64,000 nt of DNA from Pseudomonadota bacterium (GCA_052035235.1 JBPOHT010000037.1:16759-80758); one strand, 5' to 3'; numbered from the stretch's first letter, positions 34,254-51,585 are shown. Notes: generated by a model from the sequence alone, not told the origin. Translations and numbers: made by a program.

Positions 34254-34667
34254 ATGCCGGCAGGACTGGGCATAGCTGATGATCCGGTTGTCGGCCACAA
34301 AACCTTCCTCAGTAAGGAAGGCGGCTTCCGCCACCTGCCGCTGCTGCAGTCCGAAGCCGATGCGATCCTGAAGAAGTGCGATGAGGAAGATGCCAGGCGC
34401 AAGGAGCTGATGCCGGACGAGAGCACCGCCATCCGCATGATGTTCGATGCGTGGCTTCGCTTGAAGCAGCTGGGGTGGAAGGAAGCCATCTATTGCCCCA
34501 AGGACGGGAGCGTGTTTGACGCGATTGAGCCTGGCTCTACTGGCATCCACCACTGCAACTACCAAGGCGAATGGCCCAACGGCAGCTGGTGGACCCACAG
34601 CGAAGACGACGTCTTCCCCAGCCATCCGGTGCTGTTCAAAGTCCCGCAGGAGCCCAAGACCCCATGA
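34254..34667 (+). CDS. Hypothetical phage protein
   Basis: WLRLKQLGWKEAIYCPKDGS; starts 2 nt after the previous stop. Confidence 0.55.
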   Translation: MPAGLGIADDPVVGHKTFLSKEGGFRHLPLLQSEADAILKKCDEEDARRKELMPDESTAIRMMFDAWLRLKQLGWKEAIYCPKDGSVFDAIEPGSTGIHHCNYQGEWPNGSWWTHSEDDVFPSHPVLFKVPQEPKTP

Positions 34668-35347
34668 GCGTCATCGAAGGAGGCCGCATGAACAGCAAAA
34701 GACTGCCCCCAGTCCCGGACGCTTTGGCGTACTCGCGGAACTACGCGATCGCCAGCCCTTACCTGAATAGCACAGCTCGGGAGCACATCGAGGGACTGTG
34801 TGACCTGCTGGAGCAGACCGAAGCAGCGCGCCTGGCCGCCGTCGAATCTGCGGGAGCATTGCAGCCGAGCGTGAGCGCCACAGAGGGCGATAGGATCGCG
34901 GCGTTGGAGAGGCAGTTGGCCGAAGCCCTGGAATCGCGCGCATTCACCCAGCAGTGGTACGCCGAGCGATGGAAGACGCTGGAGGACTGGTTCCGCAGCG
35001 AGGGCAAAGACCTGCCCATCCGCGACCAGTTCTGGAGCATCCTCGCCAACGGCGTCAAGGATGCGAACACCCCGCCGACTTATGCCCAGCAGCTCAACAT
35101 CGCCAAGCACCGCGCCGAACGTGCAGAGAAAGAGCGCGCCGCTTTGATGGGCGGGATGCAGGCTGTCGCGAAGGACGCCGCGACCTTTCGCTATCTCCAG
35201 AAGCTGGCAGAGGATGAGGAGAATCCGAGGCTTCATCCTGCTTTCTATGTTGGGAAAGCGGAGGCTTACGACGTGGCCGCAGGCGAATTGGAAGCCATCC
35301 TGACTCCGGAAATCCGGCAACTGCTGGTTGGGAAGAATCAGGGATGA
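34664..35347 (+). CDS. Hypothetical coiled-coil phage protein
   Basis: ATGA overlaps at both ends. Confidence 0.55.
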   Translation: MSVIEGGRMNSKRLPPVPDALAYSRNYAIASPYLNSTAREHIEGLCDLLEQTEAARLAAVESAGALQPSVSATEGDRIAALERQLAEALESRAFTQQWYAERWKTLEDWFRSEGKDLPIRDQFWSILANGVKDANTPPTYAQQLNIAKHRAERAEKERAALMGGMQAVAKDAATFRYLQKLAEDEENPRLHPAFYVGKAEAYDVAAGELEAILTPEIRQLLVGKNQG

Positions 35348-35643
35348 TCTGCCCAGACTGCAAAGGCGCCAAGGACGTTTTCGCCTTCGTCAACACCGGC
35401 CCCGACGCCAGCAAGCACCGCAGCGGCATGATGCCGTGCCGGCGATGCAGCGGCCGCGGCGCGGTCCCGTTCCAGATGGCGGAGTGGATGCGCCAGGGCC
35501 GGCTGATGCGCGATGCCCGCGTGGCGCGCCGCGAGAGCCTACGGGAAGCAGCCCAACGCCTGGGCATGGGCAGCGCCGTTCTTTCGCGTCTGGAGCAGGG
35601 CTACGAGCCGATACCGGAGTCCTTGTTGAGGGCGATGCAGTGA
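35344..35643 (+). CDS. Zinc finger plus XRE-HTH protein
   Basis: CPDC...CRRC, then RESLREAAQRLGMGSAVLSRLEQG. Confidence 0.7.
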   Translation: MICPDCKGAKDVFAFVNTGPDASKHRSGMMPCRRCSGRGAVPFQMAEWMRQGRLMRDARVARRESLREAAQRLGMGSAVLSRLEQGYEPIPESLLRAMQ

Positions 35644-35648
35644 TCCAG

Positions 35649-35957
35649 TCACTCACCCCGCTGTCTCGGAGCATCGGACCTGTCCGGCCGGCAGGTCGGG
35701 GCCAGTCGAAACTCCGGCATGCGGCCGCCACAGCGGCCACAGACGGCCTTGGCGACCAGCGTGGCGCAGGAGATGTCGCCGTATCGCTCGATCAAGTCCA
35801 GGGGATCAAACTGTCCGCACTTCTGGCACCTGGTGCAGTGCAGCCGGATCCAATCCTGCCCGACGTGATCAGACAGTTCACCGATTGGGCCAGGGTTCGG
35901 GTTTTCGTCGCGGCGCCTCATCAGGCCAGCAGGATACCGCGCACAGCGCCCCGGCAC
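35649..35957 (-). CDS. Small zinc-ribbon protein, antisense to the operon
   Basis: LHCTRC...LIERYG...AVCGRCG; start uncertain. Confidence 0.5.
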   Translation of the reverse strand: MPGRCARYPAGLMRRRDENPNPGPIGELSDHVGQDWIRLHCTRCQKCGQFDPLDLIERYGDISCATLVAKAVCGRCGGRMPEFRLAPTCRPDRSDAPRQRGE

Positions 35958-35992
35958 CTCAACGAGGTCGCCCAGGTCCCGGAGGCGCTTCC

Positions 35993-36142
35993 ATGAAACC
36001 CACGCCGCCTATCCATGCACTGCTGCAGCTACTGGCCCAGCAGGCCGTGCGCGAGCATCTAACAGCAGTTCGCCAACCGAATCAGCAGGATGCGCCCGCG
36101 CGCTCAAATCACCCTCTGCCGAACAAATCGGCCAACCGGTAG
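35993..36142 (+). CDS. 49-aa protein directly upstream of the integrase (directionality-factor candidate)
   Basis: GGAGG RBS at 35981; MKPTPPIHALLQLLAQQAVREHL. Confidence 0.5.
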   Translation: MKPTPPIHALLQLLAQQAVREHLTAVRQPNQQDAPARSNHPLPNKSANR

Positions 36143-36152
36143 CGTGTCCCAG

Positions 36153-37772
<1,620 letters not shown>

Positions 37773-37786
37773 CCAGACAGACGACC

Positions 37787-37815
37787 ATTGTAGTCTGTTA
37801 CCACTGATCAATCAA
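37787..37815 (-). promoter_or_regulatory. Sigma70 promoter for tRNA-fMet
   Basis: TTGATT-N17-TACAAT, 14 nt upstream of the tRNA. Confidence 0.65.
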
Positions 37816-37896
37816 CCACTTTGCGCTGTCTTGAGCCTGCTTTTCGAAGGCTTGGACAACCTCCGGACGATTGGCTCCGGAGTACTGCTTTTGGGG

Positions 37897-37981
37897 TGGT
37901 GCCCACGGAGAGACTCGAACTCCCATGGCTCTCGCCGTTACCACCTCAAGGTAGTGTGTCTACCAATTCCACCACGTGGGC
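37897..37981 (-). tRNA. leuU: tRNA-Leu (GAG)
   Basis: 85 nt, long variable arm, CCA end; downstream of secG (symbol by synteny). Confidence 0.95.
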
Positions 37982-38040
37982 ACTGCTTACCAAAACCACC
38001 GACGGATCACGATGCTGCCGAGGTCTGTCGAGGGGCGCGG

Positions 38041-38069
38041 ATTGTAGCGCCCCTTTTCGAGTTTGTCTC
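38041..38069 (-). promoter_or_regulatory. Putative promoter for tRNA-Leu
   Basis: GAGACA-N17-TACAAT followed by a GC-rich discriminator. Confidence 0.45.
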
Positions 38070-38091
38070 GAATTTGTCGCCGGATTCGTGC

Positions 38092-38466
38092 TTATTCCGG
38101 AACGACCGGCGCTGCCGGGGCGGCAGGCTCGGCAGCCGGGGCCGCTGCAGGGGCATCCGGAGCCGGAACGACCGGTGCGGGCACCGCGGCCGGAGCCTCG
38201 GTCTTCACCGAGTCGACCACCGAAGTGGCTTCCTTGGTGCCGTGGACCAGGTAGGCCAGGGCCAGGCTGGCGATGAAAAACACCGTCGCCAGATAGGACG
38301 TGGCACGCGACAGGAAATTCGCCGAGCCGCGTGAGCCGAAGACGGTGCCCGAGGCGCCGCTGCCGAAGGCGGCGCCGGCGTCGGCGCCCTTACCGTGCTG
38401 CAGCAGGATCAGACCGACGAGGCCGATACCCACCAACACCTGCAGGATGACCAGAAACGTATGCAT
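38092..38466 (-). CDS. secG: Preprotein translocase subunit SecG
   Basis: LILLQHGKGADAGAAFGSGASGTVFGSRGSANFLSRAT. Confidence 0.97.
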   Translation of the reverse strand: MHTFLVILQVLVGIGLVGLILLQHGKGADAGAAFGSGASGTVFGSRGSANFLSRATSYLATVFFIASLALAYLVHGTKEATSVVDSVKTEAPAAVPAPVVPAPDAPAAAPAAEPAAPAAPVVPE

Positions 38467-38495
38467 GAACTCGAAAACCCCGAAGAAAGACTGTG

Positions 38496-39263
38496 TCAGC
38501 TCAGGGACTGCGCCGCAGCGCAGATCGCCAGGAAATCCGCGGCCTTCAGCGAGGCGCCACCGATCAGGCCGCCATCGACATCCGGATTGGCGAAGAGCGC
38601 CTGGGCGTTATCCGCCTTGACACTGCCGCCGTAAAGAATCCGCGTGGAATCCGCAATATTAGCACTACGGGTGCGCAATTGACCACGAATGAAGGCGTGG
38701 GCGTCCTGCGCCTGCTGCGGCGAGGCGGTCTTGCCGGTGCCGATGGCCCAGACCGGCTCGTAGGCGACGACAGCATTGGTGAAGCTCTCCACCCCACAGA
38801 GGTCCAGCACCGCAGCCAGCTGGCGTGCCAGCACGGCCTCGGTCTGCCCACCCTCGCGCTCGGCCAGGGTCTCGCCGACACAGAGCACGGGCACCAGCCC
38901 CGCCTTCTGGGCAGCCTGGTACTTCTGCGCCACCAGGGCATCGGTCTCGCCATAGAGCGCACGACGCTCGGAATGGCCGACCAGGACATGGCCGCAGCCG
39001 GTGTCGCGCAGCATGGCGCCGAGCACCTCACCGGTGAAGGCGCCGGCCTTTTCCTGCTCGCTCAGGTTCTGGGCACCCAGCAGCACCGCGGAGCCCTGCA
39101 GGCGCGCACCCACCGAGTCCAGGTAGGGGAACGGCGGGCAGACCAGGATTTCCACCTGGGCGTTGGCGCCGGCACCGGCCAGCAGGCCATCCAGCAGCGC
39201 GGCGTTCTCGGCGCGATTGCCGTTCATCTTCCAGTTGCCGGCAACCATGTAACGGCGGCTCAT
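38496..39263 (-). CDS. tpiA: Triosephosphate isomerase
   Basis: AGNWKMN, GHSERR, AYEPVWAIGTG, DGGLIGGASL. Confidence 0.98.
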   Translation of the reverse strand: MSRRYMVAGNWKMNGNRAENAALLDGLLAGAGANAQVEILVCPPFPYLDSVGARLQGSAVLLGAQNLSEQEKAGAFTGEVLGAMLRDTGCGHVLVGHSERRALYGETDALVAQKYQAAQKAGLVPVLCVGETLAEREGGQTEAVLARQLAAVLDLCGVESFTNAVVAYEPVWAIGTGKTASPQQAQDAHAFIRGQLRTRSANIADSTRILYGGSVKADNAQALFANPDVDGGLIGGASLKAADFLAICAAAQSLS

Positions 39264-39444
39264 CGCATTCCCCTGTATTCGTGATCAGTTCGGTGAATCG
39301 TGGATTTTAGTGGATAACCCCATGAGGATGCGAAGAAACCGTAGCGAGCATGCCCGAGCTTGCATCGAGGAGCGGCGCCGTACCGAAGTACGGCGAGCAC
39401 CCGAGATGCACGATCGGGCAGCGGAGCAGGCTTGCTTCGTATCC

Positions 39445-40800
39445 TCAGGCGGCTGAAGCGAGGGAATTGGCGGCTTCGCGCACGCGATCGGCGATCAGGC
39501 GTGCACTGCTGTCGGCGAGGTCCTGCGCGTCGGCCTCGACCATGACGCGTACCAGCGGCTCGGTGCCCGAGGCTCGCAGCAGAACGCGGCCCCGCTGGCC
39601 CAGGCCCGCTTCCGCTTCCTTGACCGAGGCCTTGACCCCAGCCGCTTCCAGCACCGGCGCGGCCTTGCCGGTGACCCGCACGTTGATCAGCACCTGCGGA
39701 TATTTCTGCATGCCCGAGGCCAACTCCTGCAGCGTGCGCCCGGTCTGCGCCAGCACTTCCAGCACCTGCAACGCGGTGACGGTACCGTCACCGGTCGTAC
39801 TGCGATCCAGGCACAGCGTGTGTCCGGAGGTCTCGCCGCCGAGCACGCCGCCCTTGGCGCGCAGCATCTCCAGCACGTAGCGGTCACCGACCTTGGCGCG
39901 GTGGAAGTCCACACCCTTGGCCCGCAGGGCATTTTCCAGGCCCAGGTTGCTCATCAGGGTGCCGACGACCGGCCCCTGCAGCATCTGCAGGCGCAGGCGG
40001 TCGTTGGCGAGGATGTACAGGATCTCGTCACCGTCGACCGCCCTGCCCTCGTGGTCGACCATCAGGCAGCGGTCGGCGTCACCGTCGAGCGCGATACCGA
40101 GATCGGCGCCGTGCTCGAGCACCGCCTTCTGCAGGGATCCAAGGTGCGTGGAGCCGCAGCCTTCGTTGATGTTGAAGCCATCCGGCTTGGCGTGGATGGC
40201 GATGACCTGCACGCCGAGACGCTGCAGGGTCTCCGGCGCGGTCTGGTAGCCGGCGCCGTTGGCGCAGTCCAGCACGATCTTCATGCCGTCCAGCCGCGGG
40301 CCGCGGTAGGCGATCAGGCAATGGCTGACGTACTGCTCCACCGAGCGGGCGATGCGCCGCGCGGCGCCCACCTGCTCCGGAGCCACGCAACGCAGTTCCT
40401 CCTCCAGCAAGGCTTCGATGCGCAGCTCGACCTCGTCGCTGAGCTTGCCGCCATCGGGGCCGAAGAACTTCACACCGTTGTCGTAGTGGGGGTTGTGCGA
40501 AGCGGAGATCACCACGCCGGCACAGGCGCCGAGATTGCGGGTCAGCACCGACACGCCCGGAGTGGGCAGTGGCCCCAGCAGGCCCACGTCCATGCCGGCA
40601 GCGGAAAACCCCGCCTCCAGGGCCGATTCGAACAGGTAGCCCGAACGGCGCGTGTCCTTGCCGATCAGCACCTGGCGGCCCGGCTGGCCACCCAGCACCT
40701 TGCCGGCGGCCCAGCCCAGCTTCAGTGCGAATTCCGGGGTCAGCGGCTTCTCACCAACCCGCCCACGGATACCGTCCGTTCCAAAGTACTTGCGGCTCAT
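39445..40800 (-). CDS. glmM: Phosphoglucosamine mutase
   Basis: YFGTDGIRG, ISASHNP, DGDADR, GGETSGH, RASGTEPLVRVM. Confidence 0.98.
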   Translation of the reverse strand: MSRKYFGTDGIRGRVGEKPLTPEFALKLGWAAGKVLGGQPGRQVLIGKDTRRSGYLFESALEAGFSAAGMDVGLLGPLPTPGVSVLTRNLGACAGVVISASHNPHYDNGVKFFGPDGGKLSDEVELRIEALLEEELRCVAPEQVGAARRIARSVEQYVSHCLIAYRGPRLDGMKIVLDCANGAGYQTAPETLQRLGVQVIAIHAKPDGFNINEGCGSTHLGSLQKAVLEHGADLGIALDGDADRCLMVDHEGRAVDGDEILYILANDRLRLQMLQGPVVGTLMSNLGLENALRAKGVDFHRAKVGDRYVLEMLRAKGGVLGGETSGHTLCLDRSTTGDGTVTALQVLEVLAQTGRTLQELASGMQKYPQVLINVRVTGKAAPVLEAAGVKASVKEAEAGLGQRGRVLLRASGTEPLVRVMVEADAQDLADSSARLIADRVREAANSLASAA

Positions 40801-40812
40801 ATCGTTATCTCT

Positions 40813-41679
40813 CTAGCCCAGTTGGCTGTTCGGGGAGTTACGGCTGCTCGCCCCAGCCTGTTTTGCGGATTGTGCGACCTTCAAGGCCTCTACGGTAGGA
40901 CCTACGTCATGGACGCGCAGGATGCGGGCGCCCTGCCAGGCAGCGAGTACCGCGCCCGCCAGGCTGCCCGCCAGCCGGCCCTCCACCGGCTGTCCCAGCA
41001 ATTGTCCGAACATGGATTTGCGCGACAAGCCCACCAACAGGGGGCATTCCAGGTCGGCGAAAGCCTCCAGCCGCCCCAGCAGCGCCAGGTTGTGCTCCAG
41101 CCGCTTGCCGAACCCAAAGCCCGGATCCAGCACCAGCCGCTCGCGCGGGATGCCGGCCGCCAGGCAGGCCTGCATTCGCGCTCCCAGGAAGCCATGGACC
41201 TCGGCCACGACATCGGCGTAGCGCGGGTCCTGCTGCATGGTGCGCGGCTCACCCTGCATGTGCATCAGGCACACCGCGGTGCCGGCCGCAGCGGCCACTT
41301 CTACCGCAGATTCCGCCCGCAGTGCATTGATGTCATTGATTATTTCAGCGCCCGCGCGACAAGCCTCACGCATCACGGCGGGCTTGGTGGTGTCCACCGA
41401 CAGAACCACGTCCAGTTCGCGGGACAGGCGCTCGATCACCGGCACCACCCGTTCCAGTTCCTCGGCTTCGGTCACCGGTGCAGCGCCCGGGCGGGTGGAC
41501 TCGCCGCCGATGTCGATGATGGCGGCGCCCTCGCCCACCATCTGCCGGGCGCGCGCCAGGGCCTGCTCCCGCGTGGCATGAAGCCCGCCGTCGGAGAAGG
41601 AATCGGGAGTGACGTTGAGGATGCCCATCACGACCGGCGCATCCAGCGCCAGTCGCCGCCGGGGTAACTGGAGGAACAT
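40813..41679 (-). CDS. folP: Dihydropteroate synthase
   Basis: MGILNVTPDSFSDGG, DIGGESTRPGA, DPGFGFGK, GLSRKS. Confidence 0.97.
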   Translation of the reverse strand: MFLQLPRRRLALDAPVVMGILNVTPDSFSDGGLHATREQALARARQMVGEGAAIIDIGGESTRPGAAPVTEAEELERVVPVIERLSRELDVVLSVDTTKPAVMREACRAGAEIINDINALRAESAVEVAAAAGTAVCLMHMQGEPRTMQQDPRYADVVAEVHGFLGARMQACLAAGIPRERLVLDPGFGFGKRLEHNLALLGRLEAFADLECPLLVGLSRKSMFGQLLGQPVEGRLAGSLAGAVLAAWQGARILRVHDVGPTVEALKVAQSAKQAGASSRNSPNSQLG

Positions 41680-41686
41680 GGGAAGC

Positions 41687-41717
41687 AAAAAGACGGGGCG
41701 CGTCGCCGCGCCCCGTC
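41687..41717 (-). terminator. Intrinsic terminator after ftsH
   Basis: 11-bp stem GACGGGGCGCG/CGCGCCCCGTC plus TTTTT on the minus strand. Confidence 0.75.
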
Positions 41718-41723
41718 GTCAAC

Positions 41724-43643
<1,920 letters not shown>

Positions 43644-43694
43644 AGCTTTATCCTTGGTTACCGTTACCGCAACGGTTGCCGCAACCGCACGTTA

Positions 43695-44321
43695 CTACGC
43701 CCTGTACCCCCGCGCCAGCAGATAAACCTCACTACTGCGCGGTCGCGAGGCCTTGGGCTTGCGAATCGTTACCGATTCAAAGGCTTTGCGCATCGCCCTG
43801 AGGTAGGCATCGAAGCCTTCCCCCTGGAAAATCTTGACCAGCAGGACGCCCTTTGGTTTCAGGTGGGCCTTGGCAAAGTCCAGCGCCAGCTCGCAGAGAA
43901 GGATGCTGCCGACCTGGTCCGCAGCGTCTATTCCACTCAGGTTGGGGGCCATATCCGACAAAACAAGGTCTACCGCCCGGCTTCCGATCGCAGCCTCCAG
44001 CCGGTGCAGCACGGATTCCTCGCGGAAGTCGCCCAGGATGAACTCCACATCGGCTATCGGCTCCATGTCGAGGATGTCCAGGGCCAGCAGGCGGCCGGAG
44101 GGGCCCAGCAGGGGGCGGGCCAGCTGACTCCAGCCGCCGGGGGCGGCGCCCAGGTCCACGACCACCTGCCCCTGTTTGAGGATGCGGTCCTTTTCCTGGA
44201 TTTCCTTGAGCTTGAACACCGCCCGTGAGCGATAGCCCAGGCGCCGCGCCTCCTGCACGTAGGTGTCGGCCTTGTGCTCGGCAAGCCAGCGGGCGGAACT
44301 GGGACGGCGTTTCTGGCTCAT
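43695..44321 (-). CDS. rlmE: 23S rRNA Um2552 methyltransferase
   Basis: [37 protein letters not shown]. Confidence 0.97.
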   Translation of the reverse strand: MSQKRRPSSARWLAEHKADTYVQEARRLGYRSRAVFKLKEIQEKDRILKQGQVVVDLGAAPGGWSQLARPLLGPSGRLLALDILDMEPIADVEFILGDFREESVLHRLEAAIGSRAVDLVLSDMAPNLSGIDAADQVGSILLCELALDFAKAHLKPKGVLLVKIFQGEGFDAYLRAMRKAFESVTIRKPKASRPRSSEVYLLARGYRA

Positions 44322-44333
44322 GGGGCTTTGCCC

Positions 44334-44404
44334 GGGAATGGGGAATCGAGAAGCGGGAATCGTAACAGCGGTTTGGCGTCTACGATTCCCGAGCCCCCAT
44401 TCCA
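44334..44404. repeat. Inverted arrays of degenerate GGGAATC heptamers
   Basis: GGGAATG-GGGAATC-GAGAAGC-GGGAATC ... GATTCCC-GAGCCCC-CATTCCA between greA and rlmE. Confidence 0.55.
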
Positions 44405-44416
44405 GGCTCCCGGCCT

Positions 44417-44893
44417 TTAGATGTAATGCACCGCGATGATTTCGAACTCGCGGGTGCCGGCCGGGGTGGCTACCGCCACCATGTCGCCCTCTTTCTTGCC
44501 GATCAGGGCCTTGGCGATGGGGGAATTCAGCGAAATCAGGCCCACCTTGGCGTCGGCCTCGTCCTCGCCGACGATCTGGTACTTGAGCTCGTCGCCGCTA
44601 TCGACGTCGGACAGGTCAACGGTGACGCCGAAGATGACCTTGCCGGAGGCCGGCAGCTTGGTGACATCGATGACCTGGGCCATGGACAGCTTGCCCTCGA
44701 TCTCCTGGATGCGACCCTCGTTGAAGCCGTGCTGCTCGCGGGCGGCGTGGAATTCCGCGTTCTCGCGCAGGTCACCCTGCTTGCGGGCCTCGTCGATGGA
44801 TTCGATGATCTTGGGCCGCAACTCGCTCTTGCGGTAGCGGAGTTCTTCCTGCAGTTTGCTGGCGCCGCGCGCCGTCATCGGGGTCATGCTCAT
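44417..44893 (-). CDS. greA: Transcription elongation factor GreA
   Basis: [28 protein letters not shown]. Confidence 0.97.
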   Translation of the reverse strand: MSMTPMTARGASKLQEELRYRKSELRPKIIESIDEARKQGDLRENAEFHAAREQHGFNEGRIQEIEGKLSMAQVIDVTKLPASGKVIFGVTVDLSDVDSGDELKYQIVGEDEADAKVGLISLNSPIAKALIGKKEGDMVAVATPAGTREFEIIAVHYI

Positions 44894-45027
44894 ATTCCGA
44901 ATCTCTTCTCTAAGACGTTACCAAAAGCAAAAGCAGACCCACCGCCCCTCCTTGGGGCGGCAGGTTCTGTCCGGATTCAATCAAAGATACCCCACAATCC
45001 CGGGTACCTGAATGCAGGCCTTCAGAC

Positions 45028-48243
<3,216 letters not shown>

Positions 48244-48257
48244 GGCTTCGGTCGGGC

Positions 48258-49388
48258 TCAGGCGGCCATCATCTTGATGAAACGGTCGAACAGGACGCTG
48301 ACGTCATGCGGGCCGGGGCTGGCTTCCGGGTGGCCCTGGAAGCTGAAGGCCGGCGCGTCGGTCAGGCGGATGCCCTGCAGGGAACCGTCGAACAGCGAAC
48401 GGTGCGTGGCCACGACATTGGCCGGCAGCGTGGCCTCGTCCACGGCGAAGCCGTGGTTCTGGCTGGTGATCATCACCGTGCCGTCGTCCAGGTCCTGCAC
48501 CGGGTGGTTGGCGCCGTGGTGGCCGAACTTCATCTTCAGCGTCTTGGCGCCGGCGGCCAGGCCCAGGATCTGGTGACCCAGGCAGATGCCGAACAGCGGC
48601 AGCTTCCTGGCAATGAACTCGCGCGCGGCGGCGATGGCGTAGTCGCAGGGCTCGGGGTCGCCAGGGCCGTTGGACAGCATCACGCCATCGGGCTTGAGCT
48701 TGAGCACCTCGGCGGCCTTGGTCTGGGCCGGCACCACGGTGATGCGGCAGCCGCGGTCCACCAGCATGCGCAGGATGTTGCGCTTGATGCCGAAGTCGTA
48801 GACCACGACGTGGAACTTCTCGCTCTTCAGCGTGGTTTCGCGATTGGTCTCGAGCTCCCAGGAGCCGGTGGTCCAGGGGTAGGACTTGCTCACCGACACG
48901 ACCTTGGCCAGGTCCATGCCCTTGAGGCCCGGGAACTCGCGGGCCAGCTTGAGCCCGGTCTTCTCCGAGATCTTGCGGCCGGCCAGGATGCAGCCGTTCT
49001 GGGCGCCCTTGTCGCGCAGCAGGCGCGTCAGGCGGCGGGTATCGATGCCGGCGATGGCGACGACCTTCTGGGCCTTCAGGTATTCGCTGAAGTCCTGGGT
49101 CGAGCGGAAGTTGCTGTGACGGCGCGGCACTTCACGCAGCACCAGGCCGGCGAGCTGTACCTTTTCCGACTCGGCGTCCTCGTCGTTGGTGCCGACGTTG
49201 CCGATGTGGGGGTACGTGAGGGTGACGATCTGCTCGCGATATGACGGATCGGTCAGGATTTCCTGATATCCCGTCATTGCGGTATTGAAAACCACTTCGC
49301 CAACGGTCTGACCGTCAACGCCGATGGAGATACCGTGAAAAACAGATCCGTCGGCGAGTGCGAGCAAAGCCGGTTTGGAAGGGGTCAT
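48258..49388 (-). CDS. carA: Carbamoyl-phosphate synthase small subunit
   Basis: [39 protein letters not shown]. Confidence 0.99.
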   Translation of the reverse strand: MTPSKPALLALADGSVFHGISIGVDGQTVGEVVFNTAMTGYQEILTDPSYREQIVTLTYPHIGNVGTNDEDAESEKVQLAGLVLREVPRRHSNFRSTQDFSEYLKAQKVVAIAGIDTRRLTRLLRDKGAQNGCILAGRKISEKTGLKLAREFPGLKGMDLAKVVSVSKSYPWTTGSWELETNRETTLKSEKFHVVVYDFGIKRNILRMLVDRGCRITVVPAQTKAAEVLKLKPDGVMLSNGPGDPEPCDYAIAAAREFIARKLPLFGICLGHQILGLAAGAKTLKMKFGHHGANHPVQDLDDGTVMITSQNHGFAVDEATLPANVVATHRSLFDGSLQGIRLTDAPAFSFQGHPEASPGPHDVSVLFDRFIKMMAA

Positions 49389-49397
49389 AGAGCGCTG

Positions 49398-49489
49398 GCC
49401 TAATCCTTGGGACGGACACTAAAACGGGGGCTTTTGGCCCCCGTCGTGGATTAGGCGCGAATTCTAGTGTGTGCACTGCACAACGTCCA
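49398..49489 (-). promoter_or_regulatory. carA promoter and structured leader
   Basis: TGGACG-N17-TAGAAT; 8-bp hairpin plus TTTT (49420-49444); 9-bp inverted repeat 49398-49406 / 49448-49456. Confidence 0.5.
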
Positions 49490-49688
49490 TGGCTTTTCGC
49501 GCTTTCCGGTGAATATATTTTGAGGATCTGCCCGCGTCCGGGGCTGTGCCGGGGCGCGGGATGCTTGGGTGCCGGGCAATGTCCCGAGGCGCGCGGTGCA
49601 CGGGACGTACATCCGCGACCCGGGACACGACGCCATGCGCCACAGCGACCCCGCCACGGCGCGGCGCGAGGGGCGCGGGCAGGTCCTC

Positions 49689-50789
49689 TCAAAAACCGAA
49701 ACCCATCTGGCCCTTGTCGGGCGGTGGTGGTGGTGGTGGACGAAAAAGCGCCGTATCCAGCTTGAACCGACGGCCCCTACCCAGCCCCAGCCGGGCAATG
49801 GCGACCTTGAAGCGCTGGGCGATGACCTGGGCGTACTCGCCCTCCCCGGTCATGCGCTTGCCGAATCGCGGGTCATTGTCCTTGCCGCCCCGCATCTGCT
49901 GGACCAGGCTCATGACGTGCTCCGCCCGCTGCGGGTGGTGGACCTGCAGCCATTCGCGGAACAGGTCCTTCACCTCGTGAGGCAGCCTGAGCATGATGTA
50001 GGAGGCCTCCCGGGCGCCGGCATCCTTGGCCGCCTGCAGGATCTGCTCGATCTCGGCGTCGTTGACGAAGGGGATCACCGGGGCCACCAGCACCATCACC
50101 GGGATGCCGGCGTCGGCCAGCTGGCGGACGATGCGCAGGCGAGCCTGGGGGCCGGCGGTGCGGGGCTCCAGGGCCCTTTTCAGCTCCGGCTGCAGGCTGG
50201 TGATGGAAATGGCCACCTCCACCAGGTTGTCCCTGGCCATGTCCGCCAGCAGCGGGATGTCGCGCTCGATCAGGGCGGCGCCCTTGGTGGTGATGGTCAG
50301 GGGGTGGCGGCAGCGCTGCAGCACCTCCAGGATCGCCCGGGTGACTCCGTACTCCCGCTCCACCGGCTGGTAGGGGTCGGTATTGGAGCCCAGGGCGATC
50401 GGCGAGCAGCGGTAGCCGGGCTTGCGCAGCTCTTCCTCCAGCAACCTCGCCGCGTCGGGCTTGTAGAACAGCCGGGTCTCGAAATCCAGGCCCGGCGACA
50501 GGTTCAGGTAGGCATGCGCTGGGCGGGCGTAGCAGTAGATGCAGCCGTGCTCGCAACCGCGATAGGGGTTGATCGACTGCTCGAAGCCGATGTCCGGCGA
50601 CTGGTTGCGGGTGATGATGCTCTTGGAGGCTTCCGGCGTCACCGTGGTGTCCGGCCGCGGCTGGTCGGGCTCGTCCAGCAGCCAGCCGTCGTCGAAGTCC
50701 TCGCGCGCACGGGTCTCGAAACGGCCTTCCGGGTTGGAGGCCGTGCCGCGCCCCTTTATGGCGCCCGGAGGCTGCTCAGGCCAGGACAT
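49689..50789 (-). CDS. Radical SAM protein, PA0069/Rv2578c family
   Basis: [43 protein letters not shown]. Confidence 0.9.
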   Translation of the reverse strand: MSWPEQPPGAIKGRGTASNPEGRFETRAREDFDDGWLLDEPDQPRPDTTVTPEASKSIITRNQSPDIGFEQSINPYRGCEHGCIYCYARPAHAYLNLSPGLDFETRLFYKPDAARLLEEELRKPGYRCSPIALGSNTDPYQPVEREYGVTRAILEVLQRCRHPLTITTKGAALIERDIPLLADMARDNLVEVAISITSLQPELKRALEPRTAGPQARLRIVRQLADAGIPVMVLVAPVIPFVNDAEIEQILQAAKDAGAREASYIMLRLPHEVKDLFREWLQVHHPQRAEHVMSLVQQMRGGKDNDPRFGKRMTGEGEYAQVIAQRFKVAIARLGLGRGRRFKLDTALFRPPPPPPPDKGQMGFGF

Positions 50790-51585
50790 CCCGCATCGAG
50801 TAGAGACCCGGCTGGCGGCCGGCCAGCCAGCTGGCGGCATGCACCGCGCCCTTGGCGAAGATCGCGCGCGAACTGGCCTTGTGCGTGATCTCAACGCGCT
50901 CGCCCTCGCCCAGGAACATGACCGTGTGGTCGCCGACCACATCACCGCCACGCACGGTGGAGAAACCGATGGTCTGGCGCTCGCGGGCGCCGGTATGGCC
51001 GTAGCGCTCGTAGACCGCGCAGTCCTTGAGGTCTCGGCCAGCGCCGCGGGCGGCGGCCTCGCCCATCATCAGGGCGGTGCCGCTGGGGGCATCCACCTTG
51101 TGGCGGTGATGGGCCTCCACCACCTCGATGTCGAAGTCTTCGGCCAGCACGCGGGCGGCGTCTTCCAGCAGCTTCAGGCAGAGGTTGACGCCGATGCTGA
51201 AGTTGCCGGCCTTGAGTACCGGGATGCGCCGGGCGGCGGCATCCACCGCAGCCTGCTGTTCCGGGGTGAAGCCGGTGGTGCCGATCACCACGGCCTTGCC
51301 GTGCTCGATGCAGAACGGCAGCAGCGCCACCGTGGCTTCCGGCCGGGTAAAGTCGATCAGCACGTCGAAGTCGGCCACGACCTGGGCCGGCTGGGTCACG
51401 AGCTTGACGCCGTTGGCGGTCAGCCCGGCGAGTTGGCCGGCGTCCTGCCCGGCCTCGGGGCAACCCTCGCGCTCCAGCGCGGCACCCAGCTTCGCCCGCG
51501 ACGAGGCGTCGGTGGCCTGGATCACGGCGCGGCCCATGCGGCCACTGGCGCCGAGGACGGCGATGCGAACGGGGGACTGGGACAT
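50776..51585 (-). CDS. dapB: 4-hydroxy-tetrahydrodipicolinate reductase
   Basis: [34 protein letters not shown]. Confidence 0.97.
   Translation of the reverse strand: MSQSPVRIAVLGASGRMGRAVIQATDASSRAKLGAALEREGCPEAGQDAGQLAGLTANGVKLVTQPAQVVADFDVLIDFTRPEATVALLPFCIEHGKAVVIGTTGFTPEQQAAVDAAARRIPVLKAGNFSIGVNLCLKLLEDAARVLAEDFDIEVVEAHHRHKVDAPSGTALMMGEAAARGAGRDLKDCAVYERYGHTGARERQTIGFSTVRGGDVVGDHTVMFLGEGERVEITHKASSRAIFAKGAVHAASWLAGRQPGLYSMRDVLA

Noticed and set aside
44942-44960. Hairpin upstream of greA as a dedicated attenuator
   Set aside because: A 7-bp stem is present but the U tract is offset and no promoter was identified. It may simply be the carB terminator.
49723-49739. GGT tandem run
   Set aside because: It encodes the poly-Pro linker at the radical SAM C-terminus, with no sign of phase variation.
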